DNA of 64,000 bases from Streptococcus oralis (GTDB lineage: Bacteria > Bacillota > Bacilli > Lactobacillales > Streptococcaceae), in NCBI GenBank assembly GCA_905372585.1, contig CAJPPL010000001.1, positions 6,638 to 70,637 of the forward strand, read 5' to 3'. A program made the position numbers and the translations under genes. Every line of letters starts with the position of its first letter. Positions within the stretch are counted from its first letter, which is position 1. Positions 22,375 to 31,645 of this stretch are shown in pieces. The notes below the pieces were generated by a model, which saw nothing but the letters and a program-made list of their open reading frames with translations, ran no database searches and was not told where the DNA came from.

Positions 22375-25300
22375 TTAAATACCTGAATAAGTATCTACCA
22401 ACAACTGAATCTTACGTAAAACTTCTTGCTTTTTCCGTTCACGCGCTCCCTGTCTACGAGAAGTCGGTGGAATAATCGAATCCAAATCAGCTCCACTATT
22501 CTCAGCATAACCACGTTGAATAGAACGATCAATGAATAATTGATAATCTTTTACAAGATTTTCAGACTCTGCCAATTCACGAATAGCGACTGCTTTACGT
22601 TCTTTACCATAAGCATAGAACGCATTGATAATTTCATCGTGGTCTTTCAGACTCGCTAAATCCGTATCATTAATGAATCCAATAACCAACTTTTCCTTAG
22701 TACGAATATCTACACTTGACCGAATAACACGGCTAACTTCAGCTTTCATTGCTTCTTTAGACTCAGAATTCTTCGATTTTTCAACAATCAAGGCCAGAAT
22801 ATAGTCTAGGTTGATCTCATCTGTTTTTAAGAGTTCAATTTCAAATTCAACATCTGAAAGGTCAACCTCTAAATCTTTGGTCTTTTCATAGTTTTTCAGA
22901 TTTAAGAATTCATCTCGAATTTCCACATAGGCGCTTCTTAAATCCTGAAGATAACCTTCAGAAATAGGTTTGTCGATTTCTTGGAATTCGTCATAATTTC
23001 GAAGAACATTATCAAGTTTCAACAACTCACCAAATAACTTAACAAACTCTTTTTTCTCATGTTCTGTTTCAATTTCTTGAGGATTTGGGAATTTCTCAAG
23101 AATTTCCTGACAAACTGCAATGTATCCTTTGACCTCGATACCCATTACTTGATCCACGAAACCATCCATGTATTCACTAAAGCTTTTTTCTAAGATGATT
23201 TCAAGCTTATTAGTGTCTCCAAAAGTCTTAATAGCTTCTTGCGTAGCCTTTTCTAAATCACGGAAACAAACAATATTCCCAAAAGGCTTAACCTTATTAA
23301 AAATTCGATTGGTTCTCGAGAATGCCTGAATCAATCCATGATAACGAAGATTTTTATCGACAAAGAGAGTATTCATAGTTGGAGCATCAAATCCCGTCAA
23401 AAACATGCCTACTACAATTAAAAGGTCAACTTCTTTAGACTTAACTCTCTTAGAAAGGTCGCGATAGTAATTTTGGAACTCCTTCCCATCAGTTGAGAAG
23501 TTAGTCTTGAACATTAGATTATAGTCATCAATCGCTTTTTCCAGAAACTCTTTAGACGATAGAGGCATAGCTGTATCTTGAGGTTCTAGCTCTTCGTCTT
23601 GAATTTCCCCATAAGCAGACTGTTCTTCATTAGGTGCAAAGCTAAAGATGGTAGCAACTTTTAAACGCTTAGCCTCTGGTAAAGCTACTTGTTGTCGCTG
23701 GAGTTCTTCATAGTATAACTTAGCAGCTTCAATACTTTGTACAGCTAGCATGGCATTAAACCCAAACAGTTGCTTTTGCTTATGAGTATAATGTTGATTT
23801 CGATGCGTCTTGTCATTATAAACTCTCAACAGGTACTCTGTGATGGTTGCTATCCGTTCTGGATGCAAAAGGAGTTCCTTCTCCATCTTTTTGAGTTTCT
23901 TCTCATCAACCTCTTTTCCAATTACCCCTACTGCTTGTTCTGCCTCTCGATATTTATTCAGCTCTGGCTTGATATAATTATAGTCTACTTTAAATTTTAA
24001 TACCTTCTTATCCCTTATTGCATCAGTAATAACATAGGAGTGTAACATGTCACCAAATACATCTTGAGTTGTCTCACCAGTTAATGTATTCGCTGAAAAG
24101 ATAGGAGTCCCTGTAAAACCAAATAATGAGAACTTCTTAAATGCTTTCTTGATTCTATTTTGAGCTTTACCAAATTGAGAACGATGGCACTCATCAAAAA
24201 TCAAAATACATTTTTTGTCATAAATAGGATGGTCAGTGTTTTTTGTAATGAAATTATTTAGCTTCTGAATCGTCGTAACAATAATTTTATCATCTGACAT
24301 TTCAATATTACGTTTTAGTTCTTTTGTATTATTGCTACCATTGACTGAATTTGGCTGAAATTTTTGATACTCCTTCATGGTCTGATAGTCAAGGTCTTTT
24401 CTATCAACGACGAATATCACTTTGTCAATGTAGTCCAACTCTGTTGCCAAGCGTGCAGTCTTAAAGCTGGTCAAGGTTTTCCCCGACCCTGTCGTATGCC
24501 AGATATAGCCACAAGCATTGATAGAGCCAAAGTTCTTCATTTCATTGGAAGAATGAATCTTGCGCAAGATACTCTCAGTTGCTGCTATCTGATAAGGGCG
24601 CATAATGAGCAAGGTATTATCAGCATCAAAAACACAATACTTGGTCAAAACTTCTAAGAGGACTCGCTTACTTAAGAAAGTGACAGTAAAGTCCTCGAGG
24701 TCATGAATTGTTTTATTTTTGCGGTCCGCCCACTCACAGGTGAACTCATAATGATTTTTATTTTGAGCTGTTGTATTGGCAAAGTAGCGTGTATAAGTGC
24801 CATTCGAAATGACAAAAATCTGAATGTATTTGTATAAAGAATTTGCGCTATTGAAGCTTTCCTTACTATAACGGTGAACCTGATTAAAGGCTTCTTGCAG
24901 ACTAACTCCACGTCTCTTCAATTCAATCTGAACTAACGGAAGACCATTCACTAAAATAGTCACGTCATAACGGTTGGTATGACTGCCCACTTGAGTCACT
25001 TGGTTGATCACCTGCATAGTGTTGTTATGAATATTTTTCTTATCAAGGATGAAAATATTTTTAATCCGTCCATCATCAAAGACAAAGTCATAGATGTAAT
25101 TTTCCTGGATTTTTCGAGTTTTTTCAACTAGACCTTCATTGGGACAGTCTAAATACTCTACCACAAAGCGATCCCACTCAGCATTCGAAAAAGTCACCTT
25201 ATTAAGTTTTTCTATTTGCACCTTAGCATTTGCTAAGAGCTCTTCAGGCGTATGGATATCTAGTCGTTCGTAGTTAAGATAATTAACCAAATCAGAAATC

Positions 25301-25428
25301 AATTGATTTTCTAGGTCAGCCTCAGACTGATATTCTCTATCTGTGCGATACTCTGGTTGATACTCAGCCAAGAGAATCCCTTCATTTGTTTCCGCAATTA
25401 CTTTTGTATCAGTAGGATAAGTAACCAA
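22375..25428 (-). CDS. hsdR: Type I restriction enzyme R subunit
   Basis: 1017 aa. N-terminal nuclease region, SF2 motor motif I HTTGSGKTLT and motif II IFDECHRSQ, and a long C-terminal helical domain. Confidence 0.9.
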   Translation of the reverse strand: MVTYPTDTKVIAETNEGILLAEYQPEYRTDREYQSEADLENQLISDLVNYLNYERLDIHTPEELLANAKVQIEKLNKVTFSNAEWDRFVVEYLDCPNEGLVEKTRKIQENYIYDFVFDDGRIKNIFILDKKNIHNNTMQVINQVTQVGSHTNRYDVTILVNGLPLVQIELKRRGVSLQEAFNQVHRYSKESFNSANSLYKYIQIFVISNGTYTRYFANTTAQNKNHYEFTCEWADRKNKTIHDLEDFTVTFLSKRVLLEVLTKYCVFDADNTLLIMRPYQIAATESILRKIHSSNEMKNFGSINACGYIWHTTGSGKTLTSFKTARLATELDYIDKVIFVVDRKDLDYQTMKEYQKFQPNSVNGSNNTKELKRNIEMSDDKIIVTTIQKLNNFITKNTDHPIYDKKCILIFDECHRSQFGKAQNRIKKAFKKFSLFGFTGTPIFSANTLTGETTQDVFGDMLHSYVITDAIRDKKVLKFKVDYNYIKPELNKYREAEQAVGVIGKEVDEKKLKKMEKELLLHPERIATITEYLLRVYNDKTHRNQHYTHKQKQLFGFNAMLAVQSIEAAKLYYEELQRQQVALPEAKRLKVATIFSFAPNEEQSAYGEIQDEELEPQDTAMPLSSKEFLEKAIDDYNLMFKTNFSTDGKEFQNYYRDLSKRVKSKEVDLLIVVGMFLTGFDAPTMNTLFVDKNLRYHGLIQAFSRTNRIFNKVKPFGNIVCFRDLEKATQEAIKTFGDTNKLEIILEKSFSEYMDGFVDQVMGIEVKGYIAVCQEILEKFPNPQEIETEHEKKEFVKLFGELLKLDNVLRNYDEFQEIDKPISEGYLQDLRSAYVEIRDEFLNLKNYEKTKDLEVDLSDVEFEIELLKTDEINLDYILALIVEKSKNSESKEAMKAEVSRVIRSSVDIRTKEKLVIGFINDTDLASLKDHDEIINAFYAYGKERKAVAIRELAESENLVKDYQLFIDRSIQRGYAENSGADLDSIIPPTSRRQGARERKKQEVLRKIQLLVDTYSGI

Positions 25429-25442
25429 TATTTATCTCCTTC

Positions 25443-26567
25443 TTAACTTTTCCAATTAAAGTTTTCAATAAATTGCTGATAGACCCGCTTTAAAACATTC
25501 TGTAGTTGTGGAGCCATTTGTTTTCCTTCATAATCAGAATATGAACTATGACTATGTAGGTTAATCATTCTTATATAAGGCGCACTATCTTCTATATTCC
25601 CTTCATCATCCTTTAGAATCACACAATCTCCCCATGTTCCATATCCTAAAAAAGTAGCTGTCTTTTCTAGCAAATTTCGTAAGAGATTAAAATGATACTT
25701 TTCTATTCGATTATTATCAATAGCGTCTTCCAGTTCTTTTTTTAACATTAAATGATATGCAAAAGGAGAATCACTTCGTTGTTTTTCAAGATAATAAAGT
25801 CTTTTTATTTTACTAAGTGTATATTTTTCACCATTCAACTCATTATGAAGGACATTATAAAATAAAGCATGGTGCGTTGTAATAATAAACTTTAAATTCG
25901 TATTGCTTGATTTTATTAACTTAGCTAAGTCTAAAGCAACATCAATAATCCTCCTATCATCTACGGACGAAATAGGATCGTCTATAAAAATGTACTCTAA
26001 TTTATCATACTCCGTTGACCGTCTATCCCCCTCAGGAAGACTTAACTGCTCAATTACATATTCAAGAAAAACATAAAATACAGACCATATAAAATTGCTT
26101 TCCTCTCCTCTGGAAATTTTAATATTATCAGAGGTATTTCCATCAATAGAAGAACTAAATGTAACAGAAGAAGAATCAGAGCTAAAAGATGCATCTAAAA
26201 CTACATTGTTAGAATTATTATTATCTGCCAAATAACTTTGAAACTTATTTACAATACGTACAGTATCACCTTCAACATTAATAATATTTTTTATCCAATA
26301 CGAACCAGGATTAATAAGGAGTCTTCTATTACAATCATATTCAAGGTCATTATCCCAATAAAATAAATCCTCTGTAAAAGCATTATAATACAGTATTTTA
26401 TTATATTGGTCCTCTTCTCCACTAGATAATAAGTTTTTAAACTCTATTGACAATCTCGTTTTACCGGTTCCATTAAACGCATATATTAACTGAACCTTTT
26501 TCTTACATTGCAGAATCTCTGATGCCACATCTACTAGTTCTTCATAACCGTTTTCATTAGTGATCAT
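25443..26567 (-). CDS. prrC: PrrC-like anticodon nuclease (AAA_13/ABC-type ATPase N-domain plus ACNase C-domain)
   Basis: 374 aa. Walker A FNGTGKT and Walker B FIDDPISSVDD. C-terminal LRNLLE...INLHSHS reproduces the R-x3-E...H arrangement of the PrrC catalytic triad. The position between hsdS and hsdR matches the E. coli prr locus. Confidence 0.7.
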   Translation of the reverse strand: MITNENGYEELVDVASEILQCKKKVQLIYAFNGTGKTRLSIEFKNLLSSGEEDQYNKILYYNAFTEDLFYWDNDLEYDCNRRLLINPGSYWIKNIINVEGDTVRIVNKFQSYLADNNNSNNVVLDASFSSDSSSVTFSSSIDGNTSDNIKISRGEESNFIWSVFYVFLEYVIEQLSLPEGDRRSTEYDKLEYIFIDDPISSVDDRRIIDVALDLAKLIKSSNTNLKFIITTHHALFYNVLHNELNGEKYTLSKIKRLYYLEKQRSDSPFAYHLMLKKELEDAIDNNRIEKYHFNLLRNLLEKTATFLGYGTWGDCVILKDDEGNIEDSAPYIRMINLHSHSSYSDYEGKQMAPQLQNVLKRVYQQFIENFNWKS

Positions 26568-26599
26568 AACTTTTTCCTAACTTTTTTACTTACTAAAAT

Positions 26600-27115
26600 C
26601 TAATAATTGACTCGCCAGTATTCGCACTGTTTTTGACGAAGTTCAATCTCCTTGGGCAGTCCCATATTTAAGTCGCTACAAACCATGTCAAAGTTGTCAA
26701 GAATCTGAACAATACCCGACTGTATTTCTAGAGAAGGGATGGGGATACAGAACTTTGAATAGGTTCCAATCCACTGTCTACTAAGTTGTTCTAGTTTATA
26801 AGTTATTGTATCCAAATAATACCATACGTAACGTAATAATACTTCACTTTCAAACCCATCCTTTATCGTTAATATTTTCATAGCTGATGATTTTACTTTA
26901 AAATTAAAATCTACCCATTGTTTTGATATCGTAAGATCATCAAAAATAATAACAGGATTGTTTTTACTAGCTTGATAAATACCATCTGTTTCATTTGGGT
27001 AACCTAAAATAAATGATTGTCCCACAGTTAAAACAGGGCTATCATTACTATCAGCATACTCTGTACTTAATACAATATATTTGTTTGGTTGCTCATAATC
27101 TACCACGTCCCCCAA
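26600..27115 (-). CDS. hsdS: Type I R-M specificity subunit, C-terminal half (TRD2 plus distal conserved region)
   Basis: The ORF lies in the same frame as the upstream hsdM-hsdS ORF, separated only by a TAG (27140-27142) and 8 sense codons (CFQVKWNE). It has a typical TRD entry (VKWNELGDVV) and a distal conserved helix (IPIPSLEIQSGIVQILDNF...ELRQKQCEYW). Only a TTG start with a weak RBS is available. Confidence 0.7.
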   Translation of the reverse strand: MGDVVDYEQPNKYIVLSTEYADSNDSPVLTVGQSFILGYPNETDGIYQASKNNPVIIFDDLTISKQWVDFNFKVKSSAMKILTIKDGFESEVLLRYVWYYLDTITYKLEQLSRQWIGTYSKFCIPIPSLEIQSGIVQILDNFDMVCSDLNMGLPKEIELRQKQCEYWRVNY

Positions 27116-27139
27116 TTCATTCCACTTAACCTGAAAACA

Positions 27140-29248
27140 CTAATCCTCAAATGATAATAGCTTATCTCGATAAAAAGAATATTGCTTTTTCCGTGAGGTC
27201 AATTCTGAGGTTAATTCTGAGGTTAATTCAGTAACATACTCAGTCATTTTGTCAAGTGTTTGCACTATTTCCTCTTGAATTTCTTCACTTTTAGGAATTG
27301 GTATAAGAGTAGTTTTTGCTTTACTCCAATGTCTTTTATAGCTTCCTTCTTTCTTATAAAAATTACAAAAGCAATAGTATATATATTTTGCTTTTATACC
27401 ACTCTTAGGTTTCAAAATTTTTAAGCCATCAGCTCCTTGAACAAAAGCGAAATCTATATATTTTACATGCTCTGAGTGATCCCCAAAAATGATATATTCA
27501 TCCTTATTCAGATATTTTTCATAATCTGAATAACCTGCAATGAATTGTTCCCCTTGATCAACAATTGGTATTTTCCCTGTTACTTGATACTCCTTTTTAG
27601 TTAATTTTACTGGACTTGTCACAGTATCAACCACTTCCCCCAACTCTTTCCATTCAACGGAACCGTTTTGGATTTCTTCTAGTATATTTCCTAATTTCTC
27701 TACTATCTTATCTATCTCTGCACGCAAATGAGCAATCTTTGTAACGGTCTCAGGAATTTCTTGATTAAGTTCATCAATATCAATCTTCTCACTTGTATCT
27801 TCTTGTTCAACATAGGTTGAGACAGAAAGATTATAGCCCTGCTCTGAACCAATCACTTCATTATCAACAAGAGCTGCTTTGTAGTCTAAACTTTGATAAT
27901 TAGCAAATAATTCAACGATATGGTCGATATTGTCATCCGTCAAGATATTGTTATTGGTCTCTTTTTTGAATTCCTTACTCGCATCGATAAAGAGTGTTTT
28001 ATTTTCTAGTTTATTCTTCGCCAACACTAAAATCGTGGTAGCGATAGGGGTTCCAAAAAAGAGATTTTCTGGAAGGGCAATAACCGCTTCAACAAAGTTG
28101 TTATCTACCAAATATTGACGAATAGTCTTCTCAGCACCACTACGATATAAAATGCCTGGAAAACAAACAATGGCTGCTCGACCTCTGTTAGACAAGTGAT
28201 TAAGACTATGCATGATAAAGGCAAAGTCAGCTTTTGACTTAGGAGCTAGTTTACCTGCTGGCGCAAAACGGTCATCGTTTATGAGAGTTGGATCTCCCTC
28301 TCCCACCCATTTGACAGAGTAAGGAGGGTTCGAAACAATAGCATCAAACGGTTTTTCATCCAAATGCTGAGGATTTAAAAGGGTGTCTCCTCGCTTGATA
28401 TCGAAGTTATTGTAGTTGATATTGTGCAAGAACATATTCATACGAGCCAAGTTATAGTTAGTCATATTAATTTCTTGACCAAAGAAACCATCCTCTAAGA
28501 TATGGTCTTCGTATTGCTTTTTCATCTGTAACAAGAGAGAACCTGACCCACATGTTGGATCGTAAACCTTGTTAATCTTGTCCTTACCAACCATTACCAA
28601 ACGAGCAAGTAATTTAGAAACTGTCTGAGGAGTGAAAAATTCACCACCACTTTTCCCAGCATTACTCGCATAGTTTGAAATCAAGAACTCATAGGCATCC
28701 CCAAAGGCATCAATATCATTTTCCTCAAAATTACCAAAGTTAATGCTATTGATACCATTAAGAATATCAGAAAGACGTTTATTTTTTTCTGGAACGGTTC
28801 CACCTAGGATATCACTTCTTGTATCCAAGTTATAGAACAAACCTTTGATATCTTCTTCTGATTTGAACCCAATTGCCGATTTTTCAATATCTTGGAAAAT
28901 ATTGGCCAACTCTTCGTTTAAATTTTCATTTTGTGAAGCGTTCTCGACAACATTTTCAAATAATTGACTTGGAAGGATAAAGAAACCTTTATCCTCAACT
29001 GTACCTGGTTTAAAATCTCGCTCAGCTTCTTGGTCACTCAAATTAGCATAACAAAATTCTAAATCCCCAGCTTCATGCTCAGCTCGATCGAAATAGTCAG
29101 CCATATGCTCTGAAATAAAGCGATAGAAAAGGATTCCCAGTATATACTGTTTAAAATCCCAGCCATCTACCGCCCCACGAACATCTTCTGCAATCGCCCA
29201 AATTTTACGGTGAAGCTCCTTGCGCTCTGCATTTTCTTTACTTGCCAT
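27140..29248 (-). CDS. hsdM: Type I R-M methyltransferase fused in frame to the N-terminal half of HsdS (TRD1 plus central conserved region)
   Basis: 702 aa. N6-adenine MTase motif [11 protein letters not shown] and motif IV SNPPYS. From about residue 520 onward there is an HsdS-type TRD ([12 protein letters not shown]...) and a conserved helix ([19 protein letters not shown]...(TSEL)3...[15 protein letters not shown]). Confidence 0.85.
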   Translation of the reverse strand: MASKENAERKELHRKIWAIAEDVRGAVDGWDFKQYILGILFYRFISEHMADYFDRAEHEAGDLEFCYANLSDQEAERDFKPGTVEDKGFFILPSQLFENVVENASQNENLNEELANIFQDIEKSAIGFKSEEDIKGLFYNLDTRSDILGGTVPEKNKRLSDILNGINSINFGNFEENDIDAFGDAYEFLISNYASNAGKSGGEFFTPQTVSKLLARLVMVGKDKINKVYDPTCGSGSLLLQMKKQYEDHILEDGFFGQEINMTNYNLARMNMFLHNINYNNFDIKRGDTLLNPQHLDEKPFDAIVSNPPYSVKWVGEGDPTLINDDRFAPAGKLAPKSKADFAFIMHSLNHLSNRGRAAIVCFPGILYRSGAEKTIRQYLVDNNFVEAVIALPENLFFGTPIATTILVLAKNKLENKTLFIDASKEFKKETNNNILTDDNIDHIVELFANYQSLDYKAALVDNEVIGSEQGYNLSVSTYVEQEDTSEKIDIDELNQEIPETVTKIAHLRAEIDKIVEKLGNILEEIQNGSVEWKELGEVVDTVTSPVKLTKKEYQVTGKIPIVDQGEQFIAGYSDYEKYLNKDEYIIFGDHSEHVKYIDFAFVQGADGLKILKPKSGIKAKYIYYCFCNFYKKEGSYKRHWSKAKTTLIPIPKSEEIQEEIVQTLDKMTEYVTELTSELTSELTSRKKQYSFYRDKLLSFED
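27194..27229 (-). repeat. 3 x 12-bp tandem repeat encoding (TSEL)3 in the HsdS central conserved region
   Basis: Units are TGAGGTCAATTC, TGAGGTTAATTC and TGAGGTTAATTC on the plus strand. Translated, they give [12 protein letters not shown]. Confidence 0.9.
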
Positions 29249-29282
29249 TTTTACTTTCCTTAATTAATGTATTATTTTTTCT

Positions 29283-29291
29283 ATTATATCA
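29283..29291 (-). promoter_or_regulatory. Extended -10 (TGATATAAT) promoter for the hsdM operon
   Basis: The minus strand reads ATATGATATAAT about 35 nt upstream of the hsdM ATG. An AAGGAAAG RBS is present. Confidence 0.5.
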
Positions 29292-29320
29292 TATTTTCGA
29301 TAGTAAAAAGCAATCGAACT

Positions 29321-29356
29321 AAGAAAACCCACTCGACCTGAATAGATCGAGTGGGG
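29321..29356 (-). terminator. Rho-independent terminator after the DUF4238-like gene
   Basis: 9-bp stem CCCACTCGA/TCGAGTGGG, followed on the minus strand by TTTTCTT. It separates the two-gene cassette from the R-M operon. Confidence 0.65.
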
Positions 29357-29385
29357 TAGATAAATATAAAGCTTGATTGAGATGG

Positions 29386-30297
29386 CTATGAAACACTTTC
29401 TAGATAATCCATTAAATCTGGATGAACAAATATCTGTTTCTCAGCATGCCTGACTTGAAAATCATTAACTAAATTTATAAATGAAATATCTGCGTTTGAA
29501 AGAAATCCTAATGTGTTATTCACATTTTTCATGATTCCTCCCCAAAAGTTCCTTGGTACTATTTTAATAAGAATTTTATTGGACAATGGATAGTAGATAA
29601 ATGTATCATCTCTTCCTACACCGTTGTCAGCGTAAGAAACTGAATTTCTAATAAAATTATACATCACAACTGGAGAATCACTTGTAATAAAAGGAACACT
29701 AGAATTATTGAAATAAATTAACCAAATTTTATCAACTAATGCCTTAGAAAGTTTTTCCAGTCTATCTACCTCTGCAATTAATGGAATAGTCATATCTCTT
29801 ATAAAGTCATTTTTATTATTTACAAAATCTTCTAGTATGCCTTTTATTATTTCAGGATGTAATTCAAACTGTTCTGATGTTTCGTTGATCTTTTCATCAA
29901 AAATAATTTCCCCATGTTCAAATCTACGTTCTAAAAATCCTGGTACCCGTAATATTTGAAAGGAGATCATTTTAGATAACGAGTGAATCTGAGAAACTGT
30001 TAAAACATCATTCTTTTTTTGAGATAACGTTAGTGAAGCAATTATGTTAGTCATCTCTGGTCCATATAAAGGTTCAATCTCGCTGGAGAAAAATTTCTCC
30101 CAATGTTTAGAATCTTTTTTATCACTAACGTCATAAAAGTTTTTCCTAAACGCCACATTATCAACTGAATCTATAAAAATTTTATTAGATTTTAATTGTT
30201 TAACTGCTATATTATAGCCTTTATTATTCAGATTTTTGTTACCGAATCGTTTTAAATAACTTTTAGGAACAACGTGCTGTTTAATATTTGATTTAAT
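29386..30297 (-). CDS. DUF4238-like protein (proposed ATT start)
   Basis: The reading frame is open from 30315. Codons upstream of the ORF-track GTG (30156) encode IKSNIKQHVVPKSYLKRFGN, which matches the conserved DUF4238 N-terminal HyvPqfyLrrF signature. A GGAGG sits 6 nt upstream of the ATT at 30297. There is no ATG, GTG or TTG in that stretch. Confidence 0.65.
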   Translation of the reverse strand: MKSNIKQHVVPKSYLKRFGNKNLNNKGYNIAVKQLKSNKIFIDSVDNVAFRKNFYDVSDKKDSKHWEKFFSSEIEPLYGPEMTNIIASLTLSQKKNDVLTVSQIHSLSKMISFQILRVPGFLERRFEHGEIIFDEKINETSEQFELHPEIIKGILEDFVNNKNDFIRDMTIPLIAEVDRLEKLSKALVDKIWLIYFNNSSVPFITSDSPVVMYNFIRNSVSYADNGVGRDDTFIYYPLSNKILIKIVPRNFWGGIMKNVNNTLGFLSNADISFINLVNDFQVRHAEKQIFVHPDLMDYLESVS

Positions 30298-30307
30298 CGT
30301 ATTCCTC

Positions 30308-31564
30308 CTATCTATCTAATTCACACAAGCCGACTTCTCGGAAACAAGATAGTATATCTTCTGAACTTAATTTTCCTGTTTTAAACTGTTCAAACATTTT
30401 TAAGAAAATAAGACTATCTACTATCAACACATTATTAGCCGCATTGCTGGCTACTTCAATAACATTATTGCTAACAGGTAGCCGTTCCTCAGGTTTTATA
30501 TCTTTAAATCGATTTACTATGATTATCTTTTTAATTACGTCTGGAACAACTTCTTTTGTTTCTTCATAAATATGTCCGTGAGTCACTAATTGTGAAACAT
30601 TTGATTTTTTTACATCTTTTGTTAACCCTTTAAATTCAAAAATGTAATGAATCCCATTTTTCTCGAAAGAATAATCTTCATTTTTTCTATCTTCAAATTC
30701 ACTTTGAACATCACACATTATTTCTAACATTTCTATCAAAATTACTTCTAATTCCGATCCTGATTTAAATAAAATTGATTCAAAACGTTTATTTTCACGA
30801 ATAATTTCTTTTGAAATTTTTATTTTATCTTTAGACTCTTCAATCTTTTTATTTTCTATTTGTATAGCTTCATTTTGATTAATATCATCAAAAAAATGTA
30901 GTTCTTGAAACCAGTCAGGTGCCTCTTCTTCGGTTTCATCCATCAAAACATTTTGTACCAAGACTGATAATTCATCATTATTTTTAGCTTGTAGAGTAGT
31001 TAATGAATACTTGCCATGTGATACAAATACTAATTTTTCGCTTCCGTCTGAATAGACCATATCCTCTGGTAGATTATAACCGTCATAATAATTCTCCCCC
31101 ATTTTTGAGTCAAAGTAGAAATCAGCTGATAGTTTAGTACCTGACAAATTTGTATGAGTTTTTTCGTAATACAAATCAATATCTATTGGTATAACTTTTT
31201 CTAAATTATGAACCAAATACCTGATAATATCTTTAAGTTGCTCCCTAGCCAAAAAATCTTTGTCTCTTCCTCTAATTGGTGTTGCATATTCCGTTTTAAA
31301 GCTAATATTTGGTGGTAGAATGTATAAGAATTTTGTCTTAGATGAGTGACAAACGCTAGTTAATAGCGTTTGAAAGTCATTATCGCAGTCTAGTTTTTCA
31401 AAATCCTTATTATAACAATAGTTTAACCAAATTGATGAACTAGTCAAATCGATAATATTTAAATCATAGGAATCTAAGGAATGAGCATGTCCAAATGAAT
31501 TACACTCCGTTACACTATAATCATTTTCATTACGTCCATTATAATTTATTAACTGTATCTGCAT
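30308..31564 (-). CDS. Hypothetical 418-aa protein: unknown N-domain, charged coiled-coil linker, PD-(D/E)xK-like C-domain
   Basis: ATG with a GAAAGGAAAAGA RBS. The C-terminal segment NEDYSFEKNGIHYIFEFKG gives a D-x12-E-x-K pattern, preceded by a helix containing E (ELEVILIEMLE). The stop codon lies within the SD sequence of the next gene. The DNA is very AT-rich. Confidence 0.7.
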   Translation of the reverse strand: MQIQLINYNGRNENDYSVTECNSFGHAHSLDSYDLNIIDLTSSSIWLNYCYNKDFEKLDCDNDFQTLLTSVCHSSKTKFLYILPPNISFKTEYATPIRGRDKDFLAREQLKDIIRYLVHNLEKVIPIDIDLYYEKTHTNLSGTKLSADFYFDSKMGENYYDGYNLPEDMVYSDGSEKLVFVSHGKYSLTTLQAKNNDELSVLVQNVLMDETEEEAPDWFQELHFFDDINQNEAIQIENKKIEESKDKIKISKEIIRENKRFESILFKSGSELEVILIEMLEIMCDVQSEFEDRKNEDYSFEKNGIHYIFEFKGLTKDVKKSNVSQLVTHGHIYEETKEVVPDVIKKIIIVNRFKDIKPEERLPVSNNVIEVASNAANNVLIVDSLIFLKMFEQFKTGKLSSEDILSCFREVGLCELDR

Positions 31565-31621
31565 TCTTTTCCTTTCTATCTTACATCGAATCTATTTTCT
31601 CTTTTTAATTTCCCTACCAAA

Positions 31622-31630
31622 ATTATACCA
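31622..31630 (-). promoter_or_regulatory. Extended -10 (TGGTATAAT) promoter for the two-gene cassette
   Basis: The minus strand reads CGTGGTATAATTTTGG about 55 nt upstream of the ATG at 31564. Confidence 0.5.
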
Positions 31631-31645
31631 CGAAACTACAGAAAT

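Noticed and set aside
27194-27229. Possibility that the 12-bp tandem repeats represent a CRISPR or minisatellite locus
   Set aside because: There are only three contiguous units with no spacers. They are in frame within hsdS and encode the TSEL helical ruler.
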